This document shows, in pieces, positions 1 to 9,005 of a stretch of DNA of 28,759 bases; within the stretch, counting starts at the first letter, position 1; each line of letters starts with the position of its first letter. A program made the translations under genes and the position numbers. This DNA comes from Fibrobacteria bacterium (GTDB taxonomy: Bacteria; Fibrobacterota; Fibrobacteria; UBA11236): contig JBJHDK010000029.1 of NCBI GenBank assembly GCA_050486505.1, positions 1 to 28,759 on the forward strand, in the 5' to 3' direction. The notes beneath the pieces are model-generated. The model was given only the letters and a program-made list of their open reading frames with translations, was not told the DNA's origin and searched no databases.

Positions 1-258
1 CAGATTGGGTTCCTTCTCAAGGCGCCTGAGAATGGCGAGGTGGGCGTCGGCGTCGAAGATCGGGCCGTCGATGCGGAGCAGCACCATGTGGGGACGGCTG
101 TGGGGATTCTCTCCCGCGAAGCGGCCAAGCATGCCCGCCAGCGAGGCGATCATGAAGAAGAACGTGATCGGGACGAGCAGGAGCAGGACGACGACGAAGC
201 GCGCGAACCCCGACATGCGCCCGGGCCCTGCAGATGCGGAGTCGGGCGCGCCGGACAT
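1..258 (-). CDS. sppA: Signal peptide peptidase SppA (S49 family), N-terminal part; runs off window edge
   Basis: Not in the ORF track because it is open-ended. Manual translation from ATG 258, which overlaps the upstream TGA as TGATG: MSGAPDSASAGPGRMSGFARFVVVLLLLVPITFFFMIASLAGMLGRFAGENPHSRPHMVLLRIDGPIFDADAHLAILRRLEKEPNL. One TM helix followed by an SppA-like 'LRIDGPI...L..L...P' segment; the catalytic region lies outside the window. Confidence 0.7.
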   Translation of the reverse strand, partial: MSGAPDSASAGPGRMSGFARFVVVLLLLVPITFFFMIASLAGMLGRFAGENPHSRPHMVLLRIDGPIFDADAHLAILRRLEKEPNL

Positions 259-2834
259 CAGCGCACCCGGATCCGCTGGCCGGGATGCAGCACGTCACCC
301 AGGCCGTCGTTCAGCCGGCGGATCTCCTCCACGGAGTTCCCGAACCGCGAGGAAATGACCCATAGGTTATCTCCCCGGCGCACCTGGTAGTACTCGCTTC
401 CGGCATCCGCGACGGCGGGCCCGGAACCATCGACGTGATACACCAGGTTCTGGCCGACTCGCAGGTTCGTATTGCGCAAGCCGTTCCAGTTCATCAGGTC
501 GTTCTGGCTGACGCCGAGTCGCCGCGAAAGCGTCGAGAGGTTGTCGCCCGCGCGCACGGTGTACACCCGCCGGGTCGGCTGGGCCGCGGCCACGCGATCG
601 CCGTCGGGGGGGCGCGAGGGCGCTGGGATGCGCAGTTCCTGGCCGGCCTGCAGCACGGAGCGCGGTGTCATGCCGTTCTCGCGGCGCAGGTCGCTCACGG
701 TCACGTCGTAGCGTTGGGCGATGCCGATGAGCGTCTCCCCGCGCTGGACGGCGTGCGTTCCCCGGGCGGCCTGCGAGGCCGCCACGGCGCTTGCGCCCGT
801 GCCAGGAATGGCGAGCGCCTGGCCGATGCGGATCTGGGTGCCGCGCAGGTTGTTCGCGCGCTGGATCGCCGCGACGGAAGTTCCGTGCCGGGTGGCGATG
901 TGCGAGAGGGTTTCGCCGGCGCGCACCGTGTGGGTTCCACCCGAGGACATCCGTGCGGGAGCCTCGGACGAAGCAGGCGAGGACGACGTCAGGTTGGTTT
1001 GCGCGGGGGCCGCGCCTGCTCCGGGAATGGCAAGCGCCTGCCCCGCACGGATCTGCGTGCCGCGGATACCGTTGGCCCGCTGGATGGCAGCGATGGAGAC
1101 GCGGTAGTGCTCGGAGATGTGGGACAGGGTCTCCCCGCTGCGCACGGTGTGCGTCACCGAGGGCCCGCTGCTCGGCGCGGCGGTCGCCGCGATGCGCGGG
1201 CCGACATCACCCTGTGCGGGAATGCTGAGCGCCTGCCCGGGATGGATCGTCGTGCCGCGCAGGTTGTTCGCGGACTGGATCGCCGCCACCGAAACCCCAT
1301 ACCGGAAGGAAAGCCCGGAAAGGGTCTCCCCCCTTCTCACGGTGTGGCGAACGGTTCCGGATCGGATCTCCCTGCCGCCCGAGGGGTCGGCCAGCGCCAA
1401 ACCTCCGGGAACCGGAATCGTCAGCGACTGGCCGGCCCGGATGGTGGTGCCGCGCAGATTGTTCGCCTGCTGGATGGCGGCGACGGACACGCCGTAACGC
1501 GCCGAGATGTGCGACAGCGTCTGCCCCCGCGCAACAACGTGACGACGGATGGAGACGCGGGGCAAGGTGTCGATGGAGGCGTAGTTGGCGAGGAAGGTGT
1601 CGCGGGAGCCGTACGGGAGGTACAGCATGTAGGTGGGACGCGAAGGATGGGTGGACCAGCGCCGCAGCGAAGGATTGTAGGAGCGGAGCGAGTCTTCGGT
1701 GATGCCCACGGCCGAGGCCACGCCCGCGAGCGGTAGGGCGTGGATGACCGTGACGGTGTCATAGCGCAGCGGCGGATGGATGTCCATCGAGCCGATGTCG
1801 AAGCCGAAGACCTCGGGGTTGCGGCCGATGATCATGGCCGCCAGGATCTTGGGCACGTAGTAGCGGGTTTCCCGCGGCAGCTGCATGTCCCAATAGGTGG
1901 CTTCGGGGTTGATGCGCAACTGGCGACGGATGCGACCCTCGCCGCAATTATAGGCGGCCATGGCCTGGTGCCAGTCGCCGAACTCCGCGTACAGGTCCTC
2001 GAGATAGCTCAGGGCCGCGTCGGTGGCGCGCACGGGATCGCGGCGCACGTCTTCCCACCAGTCGTTTTCGAGGCCGTAGCGGCGCCCGGTGGCGCTGATG
2101 AACTGCCACAGTCCGCTGGCGCTGGCGTGGCTCCACGCCCGGGGATTGAAGCCGCTCTCGATCATCGCGAGGTAAATAAGATCGCTGGGCATGTCGCGCT
2201 CTTCGAGCTTCGAGTGGATCAACTCCTCATAGCGTCCCTTGCGTTGCAACCAGCGTTCGAAGTAGCCCCGGCCCGAGCCCGTGAAAACGCGCATGGCTTG
2301 CAGCACCGAATGCGGGATGGGCGAAGGCAGGTAGAGTTCGAAATCGCGATTGGGCAGGCGTGGAATCAACGCCTCGAGATCCTCGAGCGAAGCCAGGGAC
2401 ACTTCCTCGATCTCGTGGTCGATGTAATCGGTGATTGCATCCGCTTCGCCGATGTTCCCCGACTGGTTGACCGATTCGACCAGCCACTCGCGCACACTGT
2501 CCTGGTAGGCCTGCACCGCGGCGAGCTGCCCCTCGGAAAGTGGGTAGAGCATCTCGAGCAGCGAGAGGTGGATCATGGCGCTGTCGAGGAATTCAGCTGC
2601 CTCGATCCAGGCCGAGTCCTGCATGCGCTCGCGCCCCAGGCGCAGGTACTCCGAAGCCTCCACGGCCGCATCGGAGTTCAGGAAGTCGAAGTCGGGGCCT
2701 TCCCCGTCGTACGCGACTCCGGCGGGGGAACCCGTGCGGGCGGCCCCCGACTGGGAGCCTCCCGCGCAGGACGCCAACACAAGGGCGGCCGCCAAAAAAA
2801 CAAAAAGCGGAAGCGCCTTCGCGCCCCGCTTCAA
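258..2834 (-). CDS. mltD: MltD-like membrane-bound lytic murein transglycosylase with 7 LysM domains (lipoprotein)
   Basis: SLT motifs AMIESGFNP, ASGLWQFI, AAYNCGEG and LPRETRYYVPK. Seven LysM repeats (H/YxVxxGxTL/DNL..I..RYG/FG) plus one degenerate repeat. Lipobox LASC follows a hydrophobic stretch. Start placed at TTG 2834 (alternative ATG 2900); the track's start at 3074 overlaps the upstream small gene. Confidence 0.93.
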   Translation of the reverse strand: MKRGAKALPLFVFLAAALVLASCAGGSQSGAARTGSPAGVAYDGEGPDFDFLNSDAAVEASEYLRLGRERMQDSAWIEAAEFLDSAMIHLSLLEMLYPLSEGQLAAVQAYQDSVREWLVESVNQSGNIGEADAITDYIDHEIEEVSLASLEDLEALIPRLPNRDFELYLPSPIPHSVLQAMRVFTGSGRGYFERWLQRKGRYEELIHSKLEERDMPSDLIYLAMIESGFNPRAWSHASASGLWQFISATGRRYGLENDWWEDVRRDPVRATDAALSYLEDLYAEFGDWHQAMAAYNCGEGRIRRQLRINPEATYWDMQLPRETRYYVPKILAAMIIGRNPEVFGFDIGSMDIHPPLRYDTVTVIHALPLAGVASAVGITEDSLRSYNPSLRRWSTHPSRPTYMLYLPYGSRDTFLANYASIDTLPRVSIRRHVVARGQTLSHISARYGVSVAAIQQANNLRGTTIRAGQSLTIPVPGGLALADPSGGREIRSGTVRHTVRRGETLSGLSFRYGVSVAAIQSANNLRGTTIHPGQALSIPAQGDVGPRIAATAAPSSGPSVTHTVRSGETLSHISEHYRVSIAAIQRANGIRGTQIRAGQALAIPGAGAAPAQTNLTSSSPASSEAPARMSSGGTHTVRAGETLSHIATRHGTSVAAIQRANNLRGTQIRIGQALAIPGTGASAVAASQAARGTHAVQRGETLIGIAQRYDVTVSDLRRENGMTPRSVLQAGQELRIPAPSRPPDGDRVAAAQPTRRVYTVRAGDNLSTLSRRLGVSQNDLMNWNGLRNTNLRVGQNLVYHVDGSGPAVADAGSEYYQVRRGDNLWVISSRFGNSVEEIRRLNDGLGDVLHPGQRIRVR

Positions 2835-2871
2835 TCCAACTGCGAGCCAGCCGGCCACGAGGGCCGACGGG

Positions 2872-3096
2872 CTACTCTTCAAAATCCAGGTCTTCCGCAT
2901 AATCGTTCCACATGTCTGACTTTTTGAATTTCGGGTTATCGAAGTCGACTTCTTCGTCTTCGTCTTCGTTGTCCTCGTCGACGTCCTCGTTCTCGTTCTC
3001 GAACGGATCGATATCATCGAAGTCGTCGTGCTTCGGTCTGCGACCGAAATGCCACTCCGGACGACGCGGATCACGCGGACTACGCCTGCGCTTCAT
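2872..3096 (-). CDS. Small 74-aa hypothetical protein, Arg-rich N-terminus and very acidic middle/C-terminus
   Basis: ATG 3096 is preceded by a strong SD (GGAGGAGGGG) and a sigma70-like promoter. Sequence MKRRRSPRDPRRPEWHFGRRPKHDDFDDIDPFENENEDVDEDNEDEDEEVDFDNPKFKKSDMWNDYAEDLDFEE. Confidence 0.72.
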   Translation of the reverse strand: MKRRRSPRDPRRPEWHFGRRPKHDDFDDIDPFENENEDVDEDNEDEDEEVDFDNPKFKKSDMWNDYAEDLDFEE

Positions 3097-3139
3097 GGAA
3101 CCCCTCCTCCCCGACACCCAAGGTGCCGATTTTGCCGCA

Positions 3140-3167
3140 AATATATCATGGCCGCGGGCCTTGTCAA
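3140..3167 (-). promoter_or_regulatory. Sigma70-type promoter for the small protein-mltD-sppA unit
   Basis: Minus strand TTGACA (3167-3162), 16-bp spacer, TATATT (3145-3140) with extended -10 TGn. Confidence 0.7.
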
Positions 3168-3173
3168 GCAACC

Positions 3174-3195
3174 AAAAAAGCCCCGTCGGCGGGGC
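3174..3195 (-). terminator. Intrinsic terminator downstream of serA
   Basis: Minus strand GCCCCG-CCGA-CGGGGC followed by TTTTTT. Confidence 0.8.
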
Positions 3196-3249
3196 GATTC
3201 CGTCGGAATCCGGGGGGAAAATACCACCCCCGGCGAGCGCCGACCACTT

Positions 3250-4434
3250 TTACTTGCCGGGGTACTTCAGGACGCGCACGCGGATGACGTTCGCGATCTT
3301 CGCGAGGCTCTCCTCAAGCCCTGACGGCAGATCCTGCTCCAGGTCGATGATGTTGTACCCGACCTTGCCGTTGCTCTCGTTCGTGAACGACTGGATGTTG
3401 AGCCCGGCGTCGCCCACGAGCTTGGTGACGTGCGCGATCATGTTGGGCACGTCGCGGTTGATCACGATGATGCGCGTGCGGGTGGACTCCTGCGGAAAGA
3501 CTTCCACCACGGGGAAGTTCACGGAGTTGTTGACCACACCATACTCGAGATAGTTGCGCACCTGCTTCACGGCCATCACGGCACAGTTTTCCTCGGACTC
3601 GGCAGTGCTCGCGCCCAGGTGCGGCGTGCAGACGACCTTGTCGTGCGCCAGCAGCGCGCGCGTCGGAAAGTCGGTGATGTAGGACTGCACCTTGCCCGCG
3701 TCGAGAGCCGTGAGCACGGCCGCATCGTCGTAGATGCCCTTGCGCGCGTAGTTCAGCAGGATGACGCCGTCCTTCGCGGTCGCGAGTTGCTTGGCGCCGA
3801 TGAGCCCGCGCGTCTGCTCCGCAAGCGGCACATGCACCGAAATCACGTCGGCGGCGCGCACCACCTCGTCGAGCTTGTGCGACATCTCGACGCGGCTGTC
3901 GAGCGCGTGCGCGTTGGTCAGGGTCGGGAACGGGTCGTAGCCGATGACGTGCATGCCGCGACGGATGCCCGCGTTGGCGACGAGCACGCCGATCTTGCCG
4001 AGGCCGATCACGGCGAGGGTCTTGCCCATGAGCTCGAAGCCGCTGAAGCGCGACTTGCCCTTCTCGACCTTCTCGTTGAGCGCCTTGTCGTCGTCCTCGG
4101 AGGCGAGGGCGTTGGTGAACTCGATGCCCTGCATGACGCGCCGCGCCGACATTCCGAGCATGGTGAAGACGAGCTCGGCGACGGCATTGGCGTTGGCACC
4201 CGGAGTGTTGAAGACGCAGATGCCGCGCTCGGTGGCCTTGTCGATGGTGATATTGTTCACACCGGCGCCGGCGCGGGCGATGCACTGCACGGTGGGGTAG
4301 CCTTCGGCATCGACCAGGGCGCTGCGGACGAGCAGGGCATCGGGGGTGCCGTTTTCGGAGGTGACGGAGTAGTCGCCCGAGAAAAGCTTGAGCCCCTGCT
4401 GCGAGATGTTGTTCAGCGTCTGGATCTTGTACAT
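3250..4434 (-). CDS. serA: D-3-phosphoglycerate dehydrogenase with C-terminal ACT domain
   Basis: Motifs ARAGAGVNNI, NTPGANANAVAEL, GLGKIG (NAD binding), LLNYAR and TPHLGAST; ACT domain NRDVPNMIA. Start at ATG 4434 (MYKIQ). Confidence 0.92.
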   Translation of the reverse strand: MYKIQTLNNISQQGLKLFSGDYSVTSENGTPDALLVRSALVDAEGYPTVQCIARAGAGVNNITIDKATERGICVFNTPGANANAVAELVFTMLGMSARRVMQGIEFTNALASEDDDKALNEKVEKGKSRFSGFELMGKTLAVIGLGKIGVLVANAGIRRGMHVIGYDPFPTLTNAHALDSRVEMSHKLDEVVRAADVISVHVPLAEQTRGLIGAKQLATAKDGVILLNYARKGIYDDAAVLTALDAGKVQSYITDFPTRALLAHDKVVCTPHLGASTAESEENCAVMAVKQVRNYLEYGVVNNSVNFPVVEVFPQESTRTRIIVINRDVPNMIAHVTKLVGDAGLNIQSFTNESNGKVGYNIIDLEQDLPSGLEESLAKIANVIRVRVLKYPGK

Positions 4435-4651
4435 GAATCCCCCGTTTTTCGCACGTTTTTGGCGATTTAAGCCGCGAAATGTAGCCCCCGGAAGGGGAAG
4501 CTGCAACGTGGGGGATCCCCCGCGGTTGGCGCTTCTCCCAGGGGGTTCGTTTGCGGCTCTACGCCCGTCACGTCACCCCGGCCCAGGGGCGCGAAAATCC
4601 CGAAAGAAATCCTGAGGGAACAAGACGGGATTCGGCTCCGGACAAAGGACC

Positions 4652-5434
4652 TTAAAAGAACGCGTCCCACAACAACTTCGCCGCCACCAAGGTTCCCGAA
4701 ACCGCGAGGAACACCCGGATGAAGCCCTCCCCCTTCTTCACCTGAATGACGCTGCCGAGGAACCCGCCCGCGAGGTTGCCCGCGGCGAAGGCGAGCGCCA
4801 TCGCCCAAGCGACCTTCCCGAACAGCGCAAAGATCAACACGGATAGCGACGCGAACATCAGGTTGTTCGCGACCTTCAGCGCATTGGTTTCGAGCAGGTT
4901 CAGGTTCCCGAGGCGAGAGAAGCCGTACATCATGAGCAGGCCCACGCCCGCCTGCAGAAAGCCTCCGTAGAACCCGATGGCCGCGTACACAAGGAACGGT
5001 CCGATGCCTGTGCGCAGGAAGGCGGGCCCGGTGCGCTCCGCGGATGGCCGCCGGTGCGTGCGCACCGTTTCGAACACGATCCACGCGATCACGACGCCGA
5101 GGACGGGGCGGAACAGCGTGTCGGGGAGAAAGACTCCGGTCAGCGCCCCGAACAGGGAACCGACGAGGCCGGGAACCCCCACCTTCACGATCAGGTCGGG
5201 CTGAAAGTAGCCGTGCTTCCTGAAGCCGAAGACCGCGCCGAGGGAGCCCACCCACACGCCGAGGCGGTTGGTGCCGTTGGCCTCCGCGGCGGGCAGGCCC
5301 AGCCACATCAAAAGCGGAAGGCTCAGGATGGATCCGCCGCCCGAGACGGAGTTGATGAACGAGACCGCCACGCCCGCCAGCACGAGCAGGCCATAAACAA
5401 ACAGCGGCTCGGAAAGCAGCGTCGCCACGAACAT
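4652..5434 (-). CDS. TauE/SafE (TSUP) family membrane transporter
   Basis: SFINSVSGGGSILSLP, ANGTN, GFYGGFLQAGVG and about 8 TM segments. ATG 5434 overlaps the yihY stop (TGATG). Confidence 0.9.
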   Translation of the reverse strand: MFVATLLSEPLFVYGLLVLAGVAVSFINSVSGGGSILSLPLLMWLGLPAAEANGTNRLGVWVGSLGAVFGFRKHGYFQPDLIVKVGVPGLVGSLFGALTGVFLPDTLFRPVLGVVIAWIVFETVRTHRRPSAERTGPAFLRTGIGPFLVYAAIGFYGGFLQAGVGLLMMYGFSRLGNLNLLETNALKVANNLMFASLSVLIFALFGKVAWAMALAFAAGNLAGGFLGSVIQVKKGEGFIRVFLAVSGTLVAAKLLWDAFF

Positions 5435-6567
5435 CAACCGTGTTTCACGTCACCGGATTTCCCCGTGGCGCGTTTTCCAGCCTCTTCTTCTTCGTCATCG
5501 TCGTCGGGAAGCAGATAGAGGCGCTGGCTCTGTCGCACCACGGTCTTCCAATCCTTGACCATGCCCGAAGGGCTCGGCGTGAAGAACAGCAGGCGGCCCG
5601 AACGCGGGCTGAGTTTTTGGTGGACGAAGGCGATGCCCGCGCCGAAGAGGACGGTGACCCAGAATACGTAGACCAGCAACAAGGCCACCGGAAAGATCAC
5701 CAGCGAGCCGTACAGGATCTGGTTGCGCGCGATGAGGAGCATGGGAAAGAGCAGCAACACGCGCGAGAACAGGTAGAGGAACCCGGTCGCGGCCGTCGCG
5801 CCAAGAATCGCCGAACTCCAGCGCACCTTGGTGTTGGGGAGCAGCACGATCATCAGCACGATGAGGGCCCACAGGAAGAGAATGATGTTCCAAGGGCCGA
5901 ACAGATAGGCGCCCCCGGGCAGCGTGAAGGCCGCCATGTGCCCCCCCCACCAATCCTCGATCCATTGGTGGATGCGGAACAGCACGATCACGGTAATCAC
6001 CACCAGCCCGGCCAGCATCAGCAGGAACGGCGTGTAGCTGGCGAACCGTCCACCCCACCCGCGGTTCCGGGACACGTTCCATACACGGTTCATGGCCGCC
6101 TCGATGCTGCTCATGGAGAAGTAGAACATGACGAGCAACGCGATCGAACCCCACATCCCGAGTTGCCGGAAGCTGATGTTCTCCGCGCGCTCGAGCAGGC
6201 TCATGAGCGGGCCGAGCGGAACTTCGATGCCGAAGGATTGCAGGAAGTACGGGATCATGGTGCGCACCAGTTCGAAGTATCCAAGCCATGCCGCCACCGA
6301 GGAGAGGATGATGGTGAGGGGGATGAAGGCGAGCAAGGTGGTGAAGACGAGGGCGGCGGAGCGCACCGGCACTTCGTTGATGTTGAAGCTGAGCGCTGAA
6401 AGGATCACGACACGCAAGAAGCGCGCAACGCGGTTTTTCCAGCCGCGCGGCGAAGCGCCCGCCTCGGCGGTGCGGGCCAGGGCTTTCCAAAGGCGGTGAT
6501 GCAATCGTTCGAGACGGTGCAGAAGTGCGGCGATGCGGGGGCCGGGTGATTTGCTTTTGTGCGTCAA
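5434..6567 (-). CDS. YihY/virulence factor BrkB family membrane protein
   Basis: SAALVFTTLLAFIP, SIEAAMNRVW, LPNTKVRW, LYGSL..FP..LL.VY.FW...LFGA. Start uncertain (TTG 6567 chosen; the track gives 6726). Confidence 0.88.
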   Translation of the reverse strand: MTHKSKSPGPRIAALLHRLERLHHRLWKALARTAEAGASPRGWKNRVARFLRVVILSALSFNINEVPVRSAALVFTTLLAFIPLTIILSSVAAWLGYFELVRTMIPYFLQSFGIEVPLGPLMSLLERAENISFRQLGMWGSIALLVMFYFSMSSIEAAMNRVWNVSRNRGWGGRFASYTPFLLMLAGLVVITVIVLFRIHQWIEDWWGGHMAAFTLPGGAYLFGPWNIILFLWALIVLMIVLLPNTKVRWSSAILGATAATGFLYLFSRVLLLFPMLLIARNQILYGSLVIFPVALLLVYVFWVTVLFGAGIAFVHQKLSPRSGRLLFFTPSPSGMVKDWKTVVRQSQRLYLLPDDDDEEEEAGKRATGKSGDVKHG

Positions 6568-6593
6568 TGCGTTGCCTGTGTCGGGAATTTCAT
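6564..6593 (-). other. Putative 9-aa upstream ORF MKFPTQATH overlapping the yihY TTG start
   Basis: GGAG SD 6 nt before ATG 6593; TGA 6566-6564 overlaps the in-frame yihY TTG 6567-6565 (TTGA). Confidence 0.35.
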
Positions 6594-6722
6594 GGGGGGC
6601 TCCGTGCCGAAAATAGACTCTTGGGGAACGCGCTGCATGCACCGGTGGAGTCGCTTGAAAGACTTTTGAAGATTCGCCCGCGCCGAAAGCAAACGATTGC
6701 CTTATACCGGCTCCTGCCCGTT

Positions 6723-8915
6723 TCAAACCGGTTCGGCAACGACGACATCAAACGCCGCGACGAAGGTGCGCGATCCGCCGGCGAAAAATGCCGACACAAC
6801 GCCAGCAAGCGCGTCCCACTCACCCGGTCCCAGCGCGGCGCGCAGGGACGCCAGGGAACCTTCGCCTTCCGAGGCGCGCACCAGCCACTCGCGGGCCTGT
6901 GTCGGCGTGAGGCGGCGCCGGTCCGCGTGGCGGCTTTCCGCACGGCGGACCTTCCAGCCTCCCGCATCCAACAGGCACTTTTCCCATTCCTCGCCGGGAG
7001 AACGGCGGGCAGGGGCGCGGGGAATCGCCGCCGCCTTCTCGCGCAACACCGCCGGTGCAGCAGCGAGCCATTCGTTCCAGGGAATCTCCGCGGGGTCGAG
7101 CGGGCGACGGAAGGCGAGCACCCAGCGTGCGGCGGGGGCGGCGGCATTGCACAAGGCCTTCATCCACTCCACCGAAGGCGGCTCGATGCCGAGACCGAGA
7201 ACCGCATCGAAACGCGGCGGTTCGCCTTCCGCACTCAGGACTTCGGGCAGCGATTCGAGCGTCGCGACGCGCAGCTCGGGCTGCTGCAAGGGTCCCGCCC
7301 GCCGGATCCAGGCGGCGAGTTCCGCTTCTTCCTCCGCATCGTCGCAGCGCGTCCACACGCCTCCTTCGACGCAACGGCGCAGCGCTTCCCATGTCAGGAA
7401 CCCGTGATGGCCGCCGAGATCGAGCACAAGGCTTTCGCGGCGCAGGCCCGCCGCGTCGCAAAGCGCGTTGCGCACTGCGCGTAGCGCCTCGCTGCCCACG
7501 CCGGATGCGCGTGCCAGCCAGTCGGACTTCAGCGACGCGGAGACGGCGCGCGGCGCGGCTTCCTCCAGCGCGGCCCACTGCGCCTCGCGGCGCCGCAGCA
7601 CCTCGTCGCGGAGGCCCGCCTCGTGCCCCAAGGCACCGGGTTCGTAAAAGACGCGCCCCCGCAATCCTGAAGGAAGGTATTGCTGCTCCACCCAATGATC
7701 GCGGTAGGCGTGGGGATAGAGATAGCCTTGGCCGTGGCCCAACTCCTTGTCGCGGTTCGCGTCGCGCAGCGGATCGGGCACCTCGCCCGCGCGTTCGTTC
7801 CGCACCGATTCCAGCGCGTCGAAGTAGGCCATGGTACTGTTGCTCTTGGGCGCGGTCGCGAGGTAGAGGCAGGCCTCGGAGAGGTGGAACTGCCCTTCGG
7901 GCAAGCCGACATAGTCATAGGCCTGCGCAGCGGCCATCACCACGCGCAACGCGTCGGGGTCCGCGAGGCCCACGTCTTCGGCCGCGAGGATGATCATGCG
8001 GCGGAAGATGAAGCGCGGATCCTCCCCCGCCTCGACCATCTTCGCCAGCCAATAGAGGGACGCATCGGGATCGGAGCCGCGCACCGATTTGATGAAGGCG
8101 GAGATGGTGTCGTAATGCGCGTCACCGTCCTTGTCGTAGAGCACGGCCTTGCGCTGGATGCTTTCTTCGGCGACTCCGAGCGTGAGACGGATGATCCCGG
8201 CGGAATCGGGCGGAGTGGTCTCCACTGCGAGTTCCAGGGCATTCAGCGCGCTGCGTGCGTCGCCCGATGCCGTGCGCACGATGTGATCGATCGCCTCGTC
8301 GTCGGCCTCGACCTTGAGCTTGCCGTAACCGCGTTCGGGATCGCGAATGGCGACCTCCAGCGCGGCGCGCAGGTCGGCCTCCTCCAGCGAGCGGAGCTGG
8401 AAGACGCGCGAGCGCGAGACCAGCGCCTTGTTGACCTCGAAGAAGGGGTTCTCGGTGGTGGCCCCGATCAGGATGAGGGTCCCGTTCTCGACGTGCGGAA
8501 GCAGGGCGTCCTGCTGCGCCTTGTTGAAGCGATGCACCTCGTCGACGAAAAGGATCGTACCCTGACTGCGGAACTCGCGCGCCTCGCGGGCCGATTCAAT
8601 GGCCTCGCGGATCTCCTTCACGCCCGCGAGCACGGCGTTGATGGCGAGGAATTGCGACTTCGTGGTGTTGGCGATGATGCGCGCGAGCGTGGTCTTGCCC
8701 GTACCCGGCGGCCCGGCGAAGATCAACGAGGTGATCTGGTCGGCATGGATGGCGCGGCGCAGCAGCCGCCCCGGACCCAGGATGTGCGATTGCCCGATGA
8801 ATTCATCCAAAGTGCGCGGGCGCATGCGGTCCGCCAGCGGTGGCTTGGCGTTGCGCGCGGCCGCATCGGCGAAGAGACTCGCGGGCTTTTCACGGCGTGG
8901 GATTCGAGGGGTCAC
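6723..8915 (-). CDS. rarA: Replication-associated recombination protein RarA/MgsA (AAA+) fused to a C-terminal methyltransferase-like domain
   Basis: PLADRMRP, Walker A GPPGTGKTT, DEVHRFNKAQQD, GATTENP, HYDTISAFIKSVRGSDPD and GYLYPH. Extra ~270-aa tail contains VLDLGGHHG. GTG 8915 lies 8 nt after a TACCTT -10 box. Confidence 0.92.
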   Translation of the reverse strand: MTPRIPRREKPASLFADAAARNAKPPLADRMRPRTLDEFIGQSHILGPGRLLRRAIHADQITSLIFAGPPGTGKTTLARIIANTTKSQFLAINAVLAGVKEIREAIESAREAREFRSQGTILFVDEVHRFNKAQQDALLPHVENGTLILIGATTENPFFEVNKALVSRSRVFQLRSLEEADLRAALEVAIRDPERGYGKLKVEADDEAIDHIVRTASGDARSALNALELAVETTPPDSAGIIRLTLGVAEESIQRKAVLYDKDGDAHYDTISAFIKSVRGSDPDASLYWLAKMVEAGEDPRFIFRRMIILAAEDVGLADPDALRVVMAAAQAYDYVGLPEGQFHLSEACLYLATAPKSNSTMAYFDALESVRNERAGEVPDPLRDANRDKELGHGQGYLYPHAYRDHWVEQQYLPSGLRGRVFYEPGALGHEAGLRDEVLRRREAQWAALEEAAPRAVSASLKSDWLARASGVGSEALRAVRNALCDAAGLRRESLVLDLGGHHGFLTWEALRRCVEGGVWTRCDDAEEEAELAAWIRRAGPLQQPELRVATLESLPEVLSAEGEPPRFDAVLGLGIEPPSVEWMKALCNAAAPAARWVLAFRRPLDPAEIPWNEWLAAAPAVLREKAAAIPRAPARRSPGEEWEKCLLDAGGWKVRRAESRHADRRRLTPTQAREWLVRASEGEGSLASLRAALGPGEWDALAGVVSAFFAGGSRTFVAAFDVVVAEPV

Positions 8916-9005
8916 GGAGGAAGAAGGTAGTAGGGTTGGGGTTGCTTCGCCCGCAGCGAGACCTCCAACCACACACGGAATCGTCAACAGCGTATCTTTC
9001 CCCCC

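Noticed and set aside
435..2927. Long plus-strand ORFs (433 aa, 395 aa) and similar antisense ORFs opposite serA, yihY, rarA, purC, purH and trmFO
   Set aside because: Shadow ORFs expected in high-GC coding DNA. They have no motifs and lie opposite clearly recognisable genes.
2901..3074. N-terminal extension of the 938-aa mltD ORF (T/R/K-rich)
   Set aside because: It is an alternative-frame reading of the acidic small gene; the lipoprotein signal begins near 2834.
4500..4590. ZTP (pfl) or glycine riboswitch upstream of serA (minus strand CGTGACGGGCG..., GGGAGA, CTCAGG)
   Set aside because: Only fragments match. There is no downstream GCC..CGCCTGGGC P3/pseudoknot, and the glycine-aptamer elements are out of order.
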